64,000 nt of DNA from an uncultured Gemmatimonadota bacterium. GTDB lineage: Bacteria; JAAXHH01. A program made the position numbers and the translations under genes. Positions 9,432-19,039 of this stretch are shown here, piece by piece. The notes below the pieces were generated by a model. That model saw nothing but the letters and a program-made list of their open reading frames with translations, was not told the origin of the DNA and made no database searches. Position 1 is the first letter of the stretch, and every line of letters starts with the position of its first letter. The stretch spans positions 3,584,001 through 3,648,000 of the forward strand of contig OX638340.1 in NCBI GenBank assembly GCA_951812955.1, written 5' to 3'.

Positions 9432-10829
9432 ATGCGCCATCACGCGAATCTCGGTTCGAAACCCCGTCGAATTACCCGTCGCGACATGTTGCGGCTCGGT
9501 AGCGCGGCCTTTGCGGGCGCGACGGTCCTCGGCTGCGGCGGTGGAGACGGCCGACGGACCGTCACGGTCTTCAGCCCAATGGGCGAAGTGAAGAATGTCG
9601 CCCTGGGCCGGCAGGTCGAACGCTTCATGGGGTTGCGGGACGACTTGCGCGTGGAGTTGATCCCCGCGCCGTGGGACCAGGGGCACGCCAAGCTGCTGAC
9701 CATGATCGCCGGCGGCAACCCGCCCGACGTGATCACGGCGACGGGCCAGTGGATGGCCGAATTCCGTGCCATGGGTGCCATAGAGGACCTGACACCCTGG
9801 TACGCGTCGTGGCCGCATCGCGATGCCTTCACGCGGACGGGCCTGCTCCGGTGCGAGAGCAGCATGGCCATCGAGGACGGCCGGGTATACGGGCTGCCGC
9901 TGGAACTGACGACGCGGGCCATGTTCTATCGCAGGCGGTGGCTGGACGAGCAGGGCCTGGAACCCGCGGCGACCCGGACCGGGTGGCGCGCGTTGCTCGA
10001 GCAGATTACGGACCGGGACAGGGACCGTTACGGCTACGCCCTGCGCGGGGCCCGGGGCGGATTCTGGACCTGGTGGCCCATACTGGAGGAGTTCTCCGGT
10101 ACGAACGAGTGGTTCGACGGGGATCACAATTGCATCATCAACAGTCCGGCGCACGTGGAAGGGCTGACCTACTGGAACGACATTTACCAGGACGGCCTGG
10201 CGCCGGTGGACTCGGTGAACTGGGGCTACAACGAACTGGTGCAGGGTTTCTGGTCCGGGGTCTGCGGTTGCATCGAACAGGACCCTGAAGTGGTGCGCAC
10301 CTGCCTGGAACACGGCATGGACGAATCGACCCTGATTACCGCCGCCATGCCGGCCGGTCCCCGGGCCCACGTGGCTTCCAACGACATCTGGATCCTCTCG
10401 ATCTCAAGCGGCGCGAAGAATCCGGACGACGCCCTGGCGTTTTACGAATGGATGATGTCGCCGGAACAGCTTATCGCATACAGCAAGGACGCGAGCGTAC
10501 TTCCTACGGTGAAGCAGGGCATGGACGACCCCTATTTCGGCCAGGGATTTCTGCGGCCGTTCATGGACATGGCCACCGACGCGAGGTTCCTGCAAAACTG
10601 GTACCCGAGCTACCTACCGGAAATGGGCGAATTCATCGAGGTGCTGGTCACCGAAGAACAGCAGAAGATGCTCCTGGGAAGGCAGTCTCCGCGGGAAACG
10701 CTCGACCGGCTGGCAGACTTCCTGGACAGGGCCCAGCGGCGTCACGTGGATCGGCACGGTCCCGATACGCCCAGGCCGCCCAGGCCGTCCGCACCAATCG
10801 AATCGTCCGCGCCGTCCGGCACCCTGTAA
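9432..10829 (+). CDS. ABC transporter substrate-binding lipoprotein, tandem paralog of the upstream gene
   Basis: RRDMLRLGSAAFAGATVLGCGG signal. Long collinear identity with the 8020 gene (e.g. WNDxYQDGLAPxDSxNWGxNELVQGFWSG, DPEVVRTCLEHG). Confidence 0.8.
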   Translation: MRHHANLGSKPRRITRRDMLRLGSAAFAGATVLGCGGGDGRRTVTVFSPMGEVKNVALGRQVERFMGLRDDLRVELIPAPWDQGHAKLLTMIAGGNPPDVITATGQWMAEFRAMGAIEDLTPWYASWPHRDAFTRTGLLRCESSMAIEDGRVYGLPLELTTRAMFYRRRWLDEQGLEPAATRTGWRALLEQITDRDRDRYGYALRGARGGFWTWWPILEEFSGTNEWFDGDHNCIINSPAHVEGLTYWNDIYQDGLAPVDSVNWGYNELVQGFWSGVCGCIEQDPEVVRTCLEHGMDESTLITAAMPAGPRAHVASNDIWILSISSGAKNPDDALAFYEWMMSPEQLIAYSKDASVLPTVKQGMDDPYFGQGFLRPFMDMATDARFLQNWYPSYLPEMGEFIEVLVTEEQQKMLLGRQSPRETLDRLADFLDRAQRRHVDRHGPDTPRPPRPSAPIESSAPSGTL

Positions 10830-10840
10830 TCTCCCACGCC

Positions 10841-11722
10841 ATGAAAAGAGCCGAACCCTACCTGCTCCTGACGCCGGCCTACCTGCTCATCGCGGGATTC
10901 CTGTTCTACCCTATGGCCACGGTGTTCCTGCTTTCGCTGCGGGAATACCAGCTCATGGATCCACTTAATACGCCCTTCGTCGGGCTGGACCAGTACGCCG
11001 CCATGGCGGGAGACGAGTACTTCTGGCGAAGTCTATGGAATTCCGTGGTCTGGGTGGTCGTATCGTTGTTCTTCCAGTTCCTGCTCGGATTCTGTCTGGC
11101 GCTGCTGCTTAACAGCACGCGGTTCTGGGGAAGGGGGATCTTCCAGGCTGTCGTTTTCGCCCCGTGGGCGGTATCGGGCTTCCTGATCGCCATCATCTGG
11201 GCATGGCTGCTGAACGGGGAATTCGGGCTGGTCAACGACCTGCTCATCCGGACCGGACTGGTGGATCAGAAAATCGGGTTTCTGTCTCGCGGGGAGACGG
11301 CACTCCTTTCCTGCGTGCTGGCTAATATCTGGTTCGGAGTCACCTTCTTCGCCGTCATGCTCTTCGCCGCCCTGCAAGCCATCCCGCCGAGTCTTTATGA
11401 AGCGGCCGACATGGACGGCGCCACGGCCTGGCAGTCCTTCTGGCGCGTCACCGCGCCCATGGTGAAACCGGCGATCGTCATCACGGTCCTTCTGCGGGCG
11501 ATCTGGATATTCAACTGGGCGGACCTCATCTGGGTCATGACCGGGGGCGGTCCGGCCGGCGCGTCCCGGACCCTGTCCCTCTATGTATTCCAGAAGGCCT
11601 TCCTGGGGTTGGACTTCGGGTATTCGGCCGCACTGGGCGTGGCGTTGACCGTAGTCTCCCTGGTCTTCACCGCCGTTTTCCTCCGGGCAACCAGGTTTTA
11701 CGGCGACGAGGCCGCCCTGTGA
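10841..11722 (+). CDS. Sugar ABC transporter permease (MalF/UgpA type)
   Basis: Six-TM binding-protein-dependent permease with EAA-like loop (EAADMDGATAWQSFWRVTAPM). Start set at ATG 10841 (MKRAEPYLLL). The longer 10448 ORF is overprint across the upstream gene. Confidence 0.8.
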   Translation: MKRAEPYLLLTPAYLLIAGFLFYPMATVFLLSLREYQLMDPLNTPFVGLDQYAAMAGDEYFWRSLWNSVVWVVVSLFFQFLLGFCLALLLNSTRFWGRGIFQAVVFAPWAVSGFLIAIIWAWLLNGEFGLVNDLLIRTGLVDQKIGFLSRGETALLSCVLANIWFGVTFFAVMLFAALQAIPPSLYEAADMDGATAWQSFWRVTAPMVKPAIVITVLLRAIWIFNWADLIWVMTGGGPAGASRTLSLYVFQKAFLGLDFGYSAALGVALTVVSLVFTAVFLRATRFYGDEAAL

Positions 11723-11732
11723 GGAAGGGAAG

Positions 11733-12566
11733 ATGATCCGTACGCATCCATTGCGCCGCCTGCTGCAGGTCACCGGACTGTGCGCGTTTTTTCTCTTCGC
11801 GGTCTTCCCCGTGTACTGGATGGTGGTCACTTCGATAACGCCGGAGAAGGACCTTTTCGTCTGGCCCCTGAAGTATTTCCCATCAGCGCCCACGCTGGAA
11901 CACTACGCCGCGGCCTTCCTCCGCACCGACATTCCACGGTTCTTCACCAACAGCATCATGGTCGCCAGCCTGGCCTCGGCCTGTACGTTGACCGTATCCG
12001 TGATGGGAGGCTACGCCCTCGCGCGCTACCGGTTCCGGGGCCGGAAGGTCACGCTCCTGATGTTCCTGGCGACCCAGATGATGCCCGTGGTGGTGCTGAT
12101 CGTCCCGCTCTTCATCATCTTCCGGATGCTCGGCCTGCTCAACACGCTCTACAGCCTGATGATCGTCTATACCGTGCTGAACATTCCCTTCTGCACGCTC
12201 ATGATGCAGGGCTTCTTCGCGGGCGTCCCGTCGGAACTCGAAGAGGCCGCCATGGTGGACGGGTGCAACCGGATGGGTGCGATCCTGCGCGTGGCCGTGC
12301 CGCTGACCCGGCCCGGCCTGATCGCGACCTTCCTGTTCGCTTTCATAGGCGCATGGAATGAACTGCTCTTCGCGGTGATGTTCCTGAACTCGGAATCCAC
12401 TTTCACCCTGCCCGTCGGCCTGTACAACTTCATCAGCAAGTACGACATACACTGGGGGCGCATGATGGCCGGCGCCACCCTGGCGCTGCTTCCGGCGCTG
12501 GCCGTGTTCGCCTTTGTCCAGCGATATATGGTGCGTGGGCTGGCCCTGGGGGCGGTGAAAGGATAG
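11733..12566 (+). CDS. Sugar ABC transporter permease (MalG/UgpE type)
   Basis: EAAMVDGCNRMGAILRVAVPLTRPGL EAA motif. 277 aa. 10-nt spacer from the upstream permease. Confidence 0.85.
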   Translation: MIRTHPLRRLLQVTGLCAFFLFAVFPVYWMVVTSITPEKDLFVWPLKYFPSAPTLEHYAAAFLRTDIPRFFTNSIMVASLASACTLTVSVMGGYALARYRFRGRKVTLLMFLATQMMPVVVLIVPLFIIFRMLGLLNTLYSLMIVYTVLNIPFCTLMMQGFFAGVPSELEEAAMVDGCNRMGAILRVAVPLTRPGLIATFLFAFIGAWNELLFAVMFLNSESTFTLPVGLYNFISKYDIHWGRMMAGATLALLPALAVFAFVQRYMVRGLALGAVKG

Positions 12567-12660
12567 CGGACCAGGGGGAGCAGGGTCAGGGCAGCAGGAT
12601 CGGGATAGCGGGATTGGAGGAGCAGGAGCAGGATCAGGGCAGCAGGATCGGGCGGACCCA
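12567..12660 (+). repeat. Imperfect low-complexity direct repeats (cagggcagcaggatcggg units) between convergent genes
   Basis: gcagggtcagggcagcaggatcgggatagcggg ... ggatcagggcagcaggatcgggcgg. Overlaps the last codons of the minus-strand 12634 gene. Confidence 0.5.
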
Positions 12661-13434
12661 CACGAGATATACCTGCCCGCCGGAACGGATCGTCTGGTGT
12701 TCGGTCAGCACACGGTATGCTTCGCGGGCCGGTGATCCGGAGAGCGTGCGGTATCCGCGCGGGCGATTCCCCTTCACCTCGGCCAGGTCAATCGAATCCA
12801 GCGGCCAGTCCACGGCTTCACCGGCCTGGTCCGCCATGTACCGGGGCAGCTTCTGCACGGCGATCTCGACGCGATCGGGAACGTAGGGTTCCGCCCTGGG
12901 ATGGGTGAATCCTGCGAGGAACAGGTTGAACTTGTACATGGATCTCCACGCCGGGGCGATCACGTCATTGCCGGAACGGGCCTCGAGCAACGCGGGCGAG
13001 TAGGTGTGCAGGCTTGGGGGAGCGTGCATTCCGATCCAGATGGTCACCTTGTCGTTGTCTTCCCGAAAAGGCTTCTGTATGCTCTGGGCGTAGGGTAATT
13101 CATTATTGAGCCATTCGTTGGTCAGGCTCGTAAGGCCGAAGCTGCTCTGCATGATCACGTACAGTCCGGCGACCTCATGTTCTTCCAGCTTGACCTGCCG
13201 GTGGAGCGCATCGGCATCGTCGTCCCGGAATACGACAATTCCATTTCCGTAGATTACGATCTGCGGTGTGCGCGAAAGAAAAACCTTGTGTACGGTGGTC
13301 GAAGCGCGGACTACTTTACGCCAGATCGCCGGGTCTACATTGGATCCGTGAACCTCACCGGCCATCAGGATCCCCGCCAGCAGGAGCAGTAGGCCGGGGA
13401 CCAGGTTTCTGAGTGTACGTTGGACGCTATTCAT
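12634..13434 (-). CDS. Hypothetical secreted protein
   Basis: N-terminal signal peptide (LVPGLLLLLAGILMAGEVHG). No recognisable catalytic motif. Ordinary amino-acid composition (not a GC-driven shadow ORF). Confidence 0.5.
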   Translation of the reverse strand: MNSVQRTLRNLVPGLLLLLAGILMAGEVHGSNVDPAIWRKVVRASTTVHKVFLSRTPQIVIYGNGIVVFRDDDADALHRQVKLEEHEVAGLYVIMQSSFGLTSLTNEWLNNELPYAQSIQKPFREDNDKVTIWIGMHAPPSLHTYSPALLEARSGNDVIAPAWRSMYKFNLFLAGFTHPRAEPYVPDRVEIAVQKLPRYMADQAGEAVDWPLDSIDLAEVKGNRPRGYRTLSGSPAREAYRVLTEHQTIRSGGQVYLVWVRPILLP

Positions 13435-13662
13435 TGACTGATTTCTCGATCTCAGACTGTTTCCTCGATTTCATACCTATGCGATGCAACCGCTGCAACC
13501 GATCCATGGACGAGGCAAAGCGCAGTTTTCACAAGCAGCGCAAGTGGCGGTGCCCTTCCTGCGGCCGCATCAGGTTCCAGCGTGCCAGGTCCACGGGCCG
13601 GACCGCCCGGTCCGAGAAACACCGCCGCGGAGATTGAATGTTCCGGACGATTTCCCGCCGCA

Positions 13663-14586
13663 TCATGGGTTTAACTGCTCCACACGCTTTTCATAGGTAG
13701 ACTTGTGCGCGGGATCGATCTCCATGAGCACTTCGTAGGCTTCCATGGAAGGTTCCGCATCGGGGACTTCCGTGGGTGATTCCGCACTGAATACGTCCGC
13801 CAGTTGCAGGTAATGGGCGTTCAGAAACTCCTTAAGACGCTCGTCCCTCGCGTTCTTTTTGTGAAGTTCGGCCATCAAATCCACGGCCTCGCGGCATAAC
13901 GTCCGGGCCTCCACAAGCTTGTTTGCCTTCTGTGCCGCCAGCCCGCGGTAATACCGGTTACGGATCAGGCGATAAGGCCTGTAGTCATCTGCCAGAATGC
14001 CGTCGATAAGGTCGAGCCGTTCGTCCCAGCCCCGCTGAAACTCGCGGCTGAACCGTCCGTCCACCGCAATGGCATTGGCGCGCTGGAAATGGCTGTCGCC
14101 GCCGAATTCCGTGTACTTGTCCAACTCGTGTCCGATCATGATGTGAACGTAGTAATCGATCAGCCACGTCAGGCCGTTGAACTGTTGATCGTCGTGCTGA
14201 AGCAGGTCCTCCCGTTCGTACTCGAATAGCCACCACCGGTCCAGGTATTTCAGGTCGGTACCGCTGTACACGGTCAGGCGCGAGCCGTACTGGGTCTTTA
14301 CCGCGCTGCCGAGAAATGCCAGGATGGCTTCGAATCCCACGTGAACCGGCTCGGGAAGGTCTTCTTCCAGCCAGTCCCATTCTTCGATATAGTCGGTCAT
14401 TGAACGGGAGAAGTCCGCCATGTGCTCGCGGTGCAGAACGGGCAGGGCCTCCAGGTGCACCATGATCTCGGCTTCCACCTGCTGCCCGCTGGCTTCGTGC
14501 CACGGAGACACCGCCAGACAGAGCGCCAGCGCGCAGGCCCGTATCCACGCGCGAAGTGGGGTTTTCCAATGTAGCGGCGAATCCAT
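13663..14586 (-). CDS. Hypothetical secreted protein
   Basis: Start placed at MDSPLHWKTPLRAWIRACALALCLAVSPWHEASG (signal peptide). The ORF call upstream of this is probably overprint. Confidence 0.45.
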   Translation of the reverse strand: MDSPLHWKTPLRAWIRACALALCLAVSPWHEASGQQVEAEIMVHLEALPVLHREHMADFSRSMTDYIEEWDWLEEDLPEPVHVGFEAILAFLGSAVKTQYGSRLTVYSGTDLKYLDRWWLFEYEREDLLQHDDQQFNGLTWLIDYYVHIMIGHELDKYTEFGGDSHFQRANAIAVDGRFSREFQRGWDERLDLIDGILADDYRPYRLIRNRYYRGLAAQKANKLVEARTLCREAVDLMAELHKKNARDERLKEFLNAHYLQLADVFSAESPTEVPDAEPSMEAYEVLMEIDPAHKSTYEKRVEQLNP

Positions 14587-14842
14587 ATGCGTGCTTCCGA
14601 TAGCCAGGGTTCCCATTCGGTCGTCTTTCGTCGGAAAGCTAACCGCGGGGACGCGGCATGTCAAGCCTATCCCGTGCGTACGGATCCCACGCGCTCCCAC
14701 AGGCGCGAGCCTTGACACCCGGGTCCCGGTGCTGTATTATGGCCGTCCGTAGCAGATACAGGCACGATTTAACGGCGCGGTGCGGTGGCGGCGGCCGGCC
14801 CGGCCTGAATACGCGGCCGATCAGCGCATTCTGGAAAGGTAC

Positions 14843-16768
14843 ATGATCGAACAAACTAAGGCGCAAACCCTCGCCCGCGAGCGTGGGACCATATACAAGA
14901 AATCGGACGGAAAGGCCGTTCGAATCGCCCTGGTGTATCCCAATACCTACTACCTGGGCATGTCGAATCTGGGTTTTCAGACCATCTACCGGCACCTGAA
15001 CGAACGGGACGACGTGGTCTGCGAACGGGCCTTTCTCCCGGAACCTTCCGACCTGGAAGTTCTGTCCAAATCCCGCAAGCCGCTGGTTACGCTGGAAACG
15101 GGGCTACCACTCGGTTCGTGCGACATCGTGGCCTTCTCCGTCTCCTTCGAGAACGACTACCCGAACCTGATCCGTATCCTGGAACTCGCCCGCATACCCG
15201 TACTCTCGGCTAACCGGACCCACTACGATCCGGTCGTGCTGATCGGCGGCGCGATTACCTACATCAACCCGGAGCCGCTGGCGGAATTCGCGGACGCGAT
15301 GATCATAGGAGACGGCGAAGAGGCGGCCTACGCCTATATCGACCGCTATATCGAGGACCGGGGCCTGGACCGGGAACGCCACCTCGCCGGCACCATGGCG
15401 CTGGCGGGCATGTATGTCCCGTCCCTGCAGCAGGCCTCAACGGGCGACCTGGAGGGGCCGCCGGCCTCCGGACCGGCCGTGGATTCCGGTTGCGAGGCCG
15501 AGGACGCCAGACCAGCTGCTGATGCCGGACCGGTCGTGGAATCCGGTTGCGAGACCGAGGACGCCAGACCAGCTGCTGATGCCGGACCGGTCGTGGAATC
15601 CGGATGCGAGACCGCTGCGTTCGACGCGGAACCTGCGCCCGCCAGCCGGATCGCCAATGCACCCGCCGGCCGGATCGCCAAGCAGCAGGTGCGCGATTTC
15701 GAGGATTACCCCGCCCATTCCGCCGTCCTCACGCCCGACACCGAGTTTGGCGACATGTTGCTGATCGAGATCTCCCGCGGGTGTCCCCGCCGATGCCGTT
15801 TTTGCGCCGTGAGTTATGTGTATCCCAAATTCCGCGCTTTGAAGCCGGAAACGATACTCGACGTCATCCGTGCAAAAAACGCGACGCTGGCGCGCGACGG
15901 CCAGGAGGGGCTGAAAGCGGTGGGCCTGGTCAGTTCGGCCATGTGCGACTATCCCCACCTGGACGAACTCTGTGCGGGCCTTGAGGAAACGGGGCTTCGC
16001 GTGGGGGTTTCGTCGGTCCGGGTCGACCTGGTCCCTGACAGCCTGCTTCGCCTGATGCTGAAGACAGGGCTGCGAACAATGACCATCGCTCCCGAGGCCG
16101 GTTCGGAACGGCTCCGTAAGGCGATCAACAAGCCCATATCCTCAGAAGAAATCCTGACTGGCGCCCGGAGGATTCTCGAGAAGGGCATCAAGCACCTCAA
16201 GGTGTACTACATGGTCGGCCTGCCGACGGAGACAGACGCCGACGTAGAGGAACTCATCGAAATGACGCGCCAGCTTGCCCGGCTACAGAGGGCGTGCGGG
16301 GAACCGGGCGGGCGGCTGAGGTTGAGCATAAATCCTTTCGTGCCGAAGGCGTTGACGCCCTTCCAGTGGAGTCCCATGGCGTCTCCGCGGGAGGTCAAGC
16401 GCAAGCTGAACCACATCAAGAAATCCCTGCGCGGCACGCCGGGAGTGGACGTCAAGCACGAGAGTCTGAAATCCGCGTATTTCGAGGCCATCCTGTCCCG
16501 CGGCGGCCGGGAACTGAGCGAATTTCTGATGGAAACGGTGCGGCAGGACGGCGACTGGAAACGCGCGGCGGCGGAAACGGAGACGGATATCTCGCGATAT
16601 CTCGGGGACATGGCGGACATGCAGTCGCTTCCCTGGGACTTCATATCCACGGAAAAGGAACATCACCGGCTCCAGTGGGAGTACCGGAAGACTCACAACC
16701 TGCCCCATCGCACCCGGCGGCCGGCAGCTCGCGTCAGCCGGACGGATGCGGGGCACCCCGCGGTCTGA
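14843..16768 (+). CDS. B12-binding-domain radical SAM protein (TIGR03960-like family)
   Basis: N-terminal B12-binding-like block IALVYPNTYYLGMSNLGFQTIY. CX3CX2C radical SAM cluster motif EISRGCPRRCRFCAVSY. Start at ATG 14843 (MIEQTKAQ). Confidence 0.75.
   Translation: MIEQTKAQTLARERGTIYKKSDGKAVRIALVYPNTYYLGMSNLGFQTIYRHLNERDDVVCERAFLPEPSDLEVLSKSRKPLVTLETGLPLGSCDIVAFSVSFENDYPNLIRILELARIPVLSANRTHYDPVVLIGGAITYINPEPLAEFADAMIIGDGEEAAYAYIDRYIEDRGLDRERHLAGTMALAGMYVPSLQQASTGDLEGPPASGPAVDSGCEAEDARPAADAGPVVESGCETEDARPAADAGPVVESGCETAAFDAEPAPASRIANAPAGRIAKQQVRDFEDYPAHSAVLTPDTEFGDMLLIEISRGCPRRCRFCAVSYVYPKFRALKPETILDVIRAKNATLARDGQEGLKAVGLVSSAMCDYPHLDELCAGLEETGLRVGVSSVRVDLVPDSLLRLMLKTGLRTMTIAPEAGSERLRKAINKPISSEEILTGARRILEKGIKHLKVYYMVGLPTETDADVEELIEMTRQLARLQRACGEPGGRLRLSINPFVPKALTPFQWSPMASPREVKRKLNHIKKSLRGTPGVDVKHESLKSAYFEAILSRGGRELSEFLMETVRQDGDWKRAAAETETDISRYLGDMADMQSLPWDFISTEKEHHRLQWEYRKTHNLPHRTRRPAARVSRTDAGHPAV
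15466..15613 (+). repeat. In-frame 57-bp tandem repeat (~2.6 copies) inside the radical SAM CDS
   Basis: Unit gccggaccggtcgtggaatccggttgcgagaccgaggacgccagaccagctgctgat. It encodes PVVESGCETEDARPAADAG x2 plus a degenerate first copy. Confidence 0.7.
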
Positions 16769-16823
16769 CCCCGGGATGGGAAGACGGGGCCAAACTATCA
16801 TTCCAAGTCAGTGGAGGCGAAAG

Positions 16824-17441
16824 ATGCAAAGAACGGGTCTATTCATGGCTGCCGTGTCGCTCGTGTTCTTCATGGTGTCCTGCGGCGAATCGTCCGACCA
16901 ACCTGAACCTAGCGGAGAACCCGCAAACATGTTGATTATCGAAACCACCCTGGGCACCATCAAATGCGAGTTGTATCCCGACAAAACGCCGATGACCGTG
17001 GACGTCATTTCCAGCCTGGCCGAAGGCACGCGGGAGTGGACCCATCCGGTAACCGGGCAGATCATGAACGGGGTTCCTTACTACGACGGCGTGATCTTCC
17101 ACCGGGTCATTCCCGATTTCATGATCCAGACCGGGGATCCGGCCGGAACGGGCATGGGCAGTCCCGGGTTCGTATTCGATGATGAGTTGAACGAGGAACT
17201 GCTCTTCGACCAGCCCGGCCGCCTGGCCATGGCGCACCGCGGTCCCAATACCAACGGCGGACAGATCTTCATCACGGTTGCGCCCACGCCCCATCTCAAC
17301 ATGGTTCATACCATCTTCGGCCAGGTCGTGGAGGGACAGGAAGTGGCCGACGCCATCTCAATGGTGCCCGCGGACCAATCCCGGCCGCGCGAGGAGGTCA
17401 GCATCACCAAAGTGATCGTGGTCAGAGGGGAGGGCGAGTAG
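16824..17441 (+). CDS. Peptidyl-prolyl cis-trans isomerase, cyclophilin type (lipoprotein)
   Basis: GGAGG 16812-16816. Signal plus lipobox FFMVSCGES. Cyclophilin blocks FHRVIPDFMIQTGDP and LAMAHRGPNTNGGQIFI. Confidence 0.8.
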   Translation: MQRTGLFMAAVSLVFFMVSCGESSDQPEPSGEPANMLIIETTLGTIKCELYPDKTPMTVDVISSLAEGTREWTHPVTGQIMNGVPYYDGVIFHRVIPDFMIQTGDPAGTGMGSPGFVFDDELNEELLFDQPGRLAMAHRGPNTNGGQIFITVAPTPHLNMVHTIFGQVVEGQEVADAISMVPADQSRPREEVSITKVIVVRGEGE

Positions 17442-17444
17442 AGG

Positions 17445-18104
17445 ATGAAACTGATTCGCAATGCGGCGACGGCCGCCACGCTGGCGATTCTCGTCGCCTG
17501 GTCCGCAAGCAGCCTGGCGCATCTACCCGTTCAGTCGAACGACGCAGCGCAGTCCGAATCCGGTGAGCTGGCCGCCCAGTCCCTGGGACCGGGCACCTAC
17601 GCCGTCTTCAAGACCAACATGGGCGTCATCATTTGCAAGCTGTTCGATAAGCTGGCGCCGGCCACCGTCGATAACTTCGTCGGGCTCGCCGAGGGCACCC
17701 GGAACTTCAAGGATCTAAAAACGGGCCAGGAAACCAGGCGTCCGTATTACGACGGGACCCTCTTTCACCGGGTCATTCCCAACTTCATGATCCAGGGCGG
17801 CGACCCGACGGGATCGGGTCAGGGCGGTCCGGGATACAATATCAAGGGCGAAATCCGGGGCTCGCTGCGCTTCGACCGGCCGGGACGGCTGGCCATGGCC
17901 AACGCGGGATCGCCGGATACCGCGGGCAGCCAGTTCTTCATCACCCACGGTCCGAAGTCCTACCTGGACGGAGGCTACACCATTTTCGGCCAGGTCATGA
18001 AAGGTCAGGAAGTGGTAAACGCCATCGGCCGGGTGCAGACGCGCGCCGACCGTCCCATTTTCGACATCGTGCTGGAGAAACTGACCATTGAACGGGTGGA
18101 GTAA
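17445..18104 (+). CDS. Peptidyl-prolyl cis-trans isomerase, cyclophilin type (secreted), tandem paralog
   Basis: Signal peptide. FHRVIPNFMIQGGDP and LAMANAGSPDTAGSQFFIT blocks. Starts 3 nt after the upstream PPIase stop. Confidence 0.85.
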   Translation: MKLIRNAATAATLAILVAWSASSLAHLPVQSNDAAQSESGELAAQSLGPGTYAVFKTNMGVIICKLFDKLAPATVDNFVGLAEGTRNFKDLKTGQETRRPYYDGTLFHRVIPNFMIQGGDPTGSGQGGPGYNIKGEIRGSLRFDRPGRLAMANAGSPDTAGSQFFITHGPKSYLDGGYTIFGQVMKGQEVVNAIGRVQTRADRPIFDIVLEKLTIERVE

Positions 18105-18223
18105 GCCCGCGCCGGGGACCGCCGGCAGACTGCTACACGGAGCAGTACGCCACCGTCCATGCTCCCATCCTTTTAAGTAAGGTGACCGGAGCGGGTCCCA
18201 TCTTGGATCACGAAGTGAACGGC

Positions 18224-19039
18224 ATGAAGCGCGCATACCACGGGTACGCAGGTTCCATTAGAGCGCTGGCGTCGGCGTGTTCGATCGCCTTCGCGCTCGT
18301 CCTCCTGCCGTCCGAACTGCGGGCCTTTGAACCGCCCGCACCCCATTTGAAAGCCTTTCTTGCCGGGCTGGACCAGCGCATGCCGCAGCCGGTTCCCGAG
18401 GGTCTGAGGACCTTCGCGGGCGACTCCACGGCTCTTCAACTGAGCACCGCTGACTTGGTGGGCATGTTCACCGCCTCGGAGCGGGATTCGCTCGCACTGT
18501 TGCGGGTCAACGTGTTCCTGGCTCGGTGGATCGCCGAAAGGAACGTGCCTGTCTACGCTTCCGGCGAGGCGGTCGACGAAGCCCTGGCGGCGGGTTTTTC
18601 CCTGGGCCTGACCTTTCCGCTCAATCACGTCGCGTATCTTTTCTTCCTCCCTGACACCGCTCAATCAGGCGATTTCCTGATCCACATCCGCGCACTCTAC
18701 GACATGAACTACACGTTCCGATTCGACCGGGATATCCTTGACGCCGACGTGATCGTCCACGGCGCGGAGACCTCGTACGCAGATGACGGCGGTCCCCGTA
18801 CCGGTTACCTCGTGACGATGGAGCTTTACGACGACCTGGCGTGGGCAAGATATACGAACATCGAGGGCATATCGGGAAGGAAGCGGGGCGTAGCGGGGTT
18901 CCTGCAGCGGGTTTTCTTCTTCTTACCGAAGACCCTGGACGGCCTGGAACTGCGGGACGGCCACCTCAAGATCAAGGCCTTCGTGGACCAGAACATCGAA
19001 GACTTCGAGCGTCTGGAACGCTACCGGGTCAGCCGTTAG
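18224..19039 (+). CDS. Hypothetical exported protein
   Basis: Start at MKRAYHGYAGSIRALASACSIAFALVLLPS (signal-like). No identifiable domain. Confidence 0.4.
   Translation: MKRAYHGYAGSIRALASACSIAFALVLLPSELRAFEPPAPHLKAFLAGLDQRMPQPVPEGLRTFAGDSTALQLSTADLVGMFTASERDSLALLRVNVFLARWIAERNVPVYASGEAVDEALAAGFSLGLTFPLNHVAYLFFLPDTAQSGDFLIHIRALYDMNYTFRFDRDILDADVIVHGAETSYADDGGPRTGYLVTMELYDDLAWARYTNIEGISGRKRGVAGFLQRVFFFLPKTLDGLELRDGHLKIKAFVDQNIEDFERLERYRVSR

Noticed and set aside
10448-10840. N-terminal extension of the MalF-like permease ORF
   Set aside because: - The region overlaps the 3' end of the substrate-binding-protein gene in another frame.
- The permease start MKRAEPYLLL at 10841 matches family N-termini.
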